From an uncultured Candidatus Saccharibacteria bacterium (GTDB lineage Bacteria > Patescibacteriota > Minisyncoccia > Phycocordibacterales > UBA9973): DNA of 64,000 nucleotides. The stretch spans positions 2,072 to 66,071 of the forward strand of contig CAZUZL010000005.1 in NCBI GenBank assembly GCA_964625065.1, given 5' to 3'. Both the position numbers and the translations under genes were made by a program. Below the pieces are notes generated by a model, which was not told where the DNA came from, made no database searches, and saw only the letters and a program-made list of their open reading frames with translations. Position 1 is the stretch's first letter. Every line of letters starts with the position of its first letter. Positions 62,868 to 64,000 of the stretch are shown here, one piece after another.

Positions 62868-64000
62868 TGAAACAGTCACATTTGTTTACCAAGACCAAAA
62901 GAGAAGCCCCTTCTGACGAAGTGGCTAAAAACGCCCAATTGCTTATAAGAGCAGGGTTTATTCACAAGGAAATGGCCGGGGTATATTCTTATTTACCTCT
63001 TGGTTTAAAAGTGATCAAAAAAATCGAAGACATAATTCGTGAAGAAATGGATGTAATTGGTGGTACTGAAATGCGTACATCTGTAATGCAAAACAAAGAA
63101 GTATGGGAAAAATCTAATAGATGGGACGATGCAATTGTAGACAACTGGTTTAAAACCACTTTAAAAAGTGGCACAGAAATAGGTTTGTCTTTTACTAATG
63201 AAGAAGCTTATGCAAATATTTTAAAACAATATGTTAGCTCATATAAAGATCTGCCACTGTACCCATACGACTTCAAGAATATTTTTAGAAATGAAACACG
63301 AAGTAAATCCGGTATCTTACGTGGCCGCGAATTTTACTGGAAGGCATTGTATTCATTTTCAAAAAACGAAACCCAGCATAATGAATTTTACGAAAAGGCT
63401 AAACAGGCGTATACAAATATTTTTGACAAAGTTGGCATCGGACATGTTACATACATGACTTTTGCCTCTGGTGGGTCGTTCTCAAAATTTTCGCACGAAT
63501 TCCAAACACTGACTGATGCAGGGGAAGATACTATTTATATTGATACAGACAAAAAGATTGCAGTTAATAAAGAAGTTTACAATGATGAAGTTTTAGAAAG
63601 TTTAAGTTTAGATAAAAATAATTTAATAGAAAAAACCGCGGTTGAAGTTGGTAATATATTCTCACTAGGAACAAAATTCTCTGAACCATTTGATTTGAAA
63701 TACAAAGACGAAAACGGAGAGGACAAACTAGTTGTAATGGGTAGTTACGGTATAGGTCTAGGTAGACTTATGGGTACTGTTGTAGAAGTTCTGTCTGATG
63801 AAAAAGGCATTGTTTGGCCTGCATCTATTGCACCATTTGCTGTGCATTTATTGGTATTAGGTAATGATGAAGTGGTTACAAATACAGCAAATGAAATTTA
63901 TAAAAAAATGACTGAACAAAATATAGAAGTATTATTTGACGACCGTACCGGTGTAACAGCAGGAGAAAAATTTGCAGATGCAGATCTAATAGGTTTACCA
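62868..64000 (+). CDS. proS: Proline--tRNA ligase (partial; continues beyond the window)
   Basis: Hand-translated from the ATG at 62868: MKQSHLFTKTKREAPSDEVAKNAQLLIRAGFIHKEMAGVYSYLPLGLKVIKKIEDIIREEM... with class II aaRS motifs (FRNETRSKSGILRGREF). The ORF is open to the window end. Confidence 0.9.

Noticed and set aside
1-64000. CRISPR arrays, rRNA genes, tmRNA, RNase P RNA
   Set aside because: No regularly spaced direct repeats with unique spacers were found. No rRNA-like conserved stretches or tmRNA/RNase P signature motifs were recognised by eye. The tandem units at 60457-60640 are tRNA-derived, not CRISPR.

Overview
This 64-kb window looks like a small-genome, Shine-Dalgarno-poor bacterium with Candidate Phyla Radiation (Parcubacteria/Saccharibacteria-like) gene content, read under genetic code 11. 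Code 11 is supported because RF2 is present and UGA, UAA and UAG are all used as stops. Several genes appear leaderless, with TATAAT 6-8 nt before the ATG. The housekeeping backbone runs: FtsW/RodA C-terminus, PAP2, secD, secF (separate genes), lemA, htpX, a UvrD-helicase/PD-(D/E)XK-nuclease fusion interrupted by an in-frame TAA, prfB, ftsE, ftsX, pyrG, rluB-like, RNase J, OppA-like binding protein, secG, rlmB, a TraD/VirD4-like ATPase, a lamin-tail/PKD surface protein, an ECF sigma with anti-sigma, NDH-2, rpoB-rpoC-dnaG-rpoD as one tight block, DsbA-like, tsf, rpsB and the start of proS. Six tRNAs were identified by hand-folding: Ser-GGA, Ser-CGA, Thr-GGT, Thr-CGT, Gln-CTG and Thr-TGT. Accessory and unusual content: (1) a family of roughly 27-bp GC-rich imperfect palindromes inserted in-frame into pyrG (two copies), the uvrD-like gene (one) and rpoD (three tandem copies), each adding a ...KPAR-x3-5-SGG... 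peptide, plus two intergenic relatives next to tRNA-Ser; (2) a REP / RAYT (Y1 HUH transposase) / REP / HNH endonuclease / REP mini-island with three copies of a 31-bp perfect palindrome; (3) AT-rich islands carrying Bacteroidetes-type T9SS C-terminal sorting-domain proteins, a stand-alone primase CHC2 zinc finger, secreted hypotheticals and a shared TTTGACAA...TATAGT promoter motif; (4) tRNA-associated scars, namely tandem pseudo-copies of the tRNA-Thr 3' half, a 19-bp direct repeat of the tRNA-Ser 3' end, and a GIY-YIG gene wedged between tRNA-Gln and a duplicated tRNA 5' fragment; (5) a second ~50-bp intergenic repeat family near rpoB and rpsB/proS. All calls rest on reading the supplied translations and folding by eye; no database search was run.
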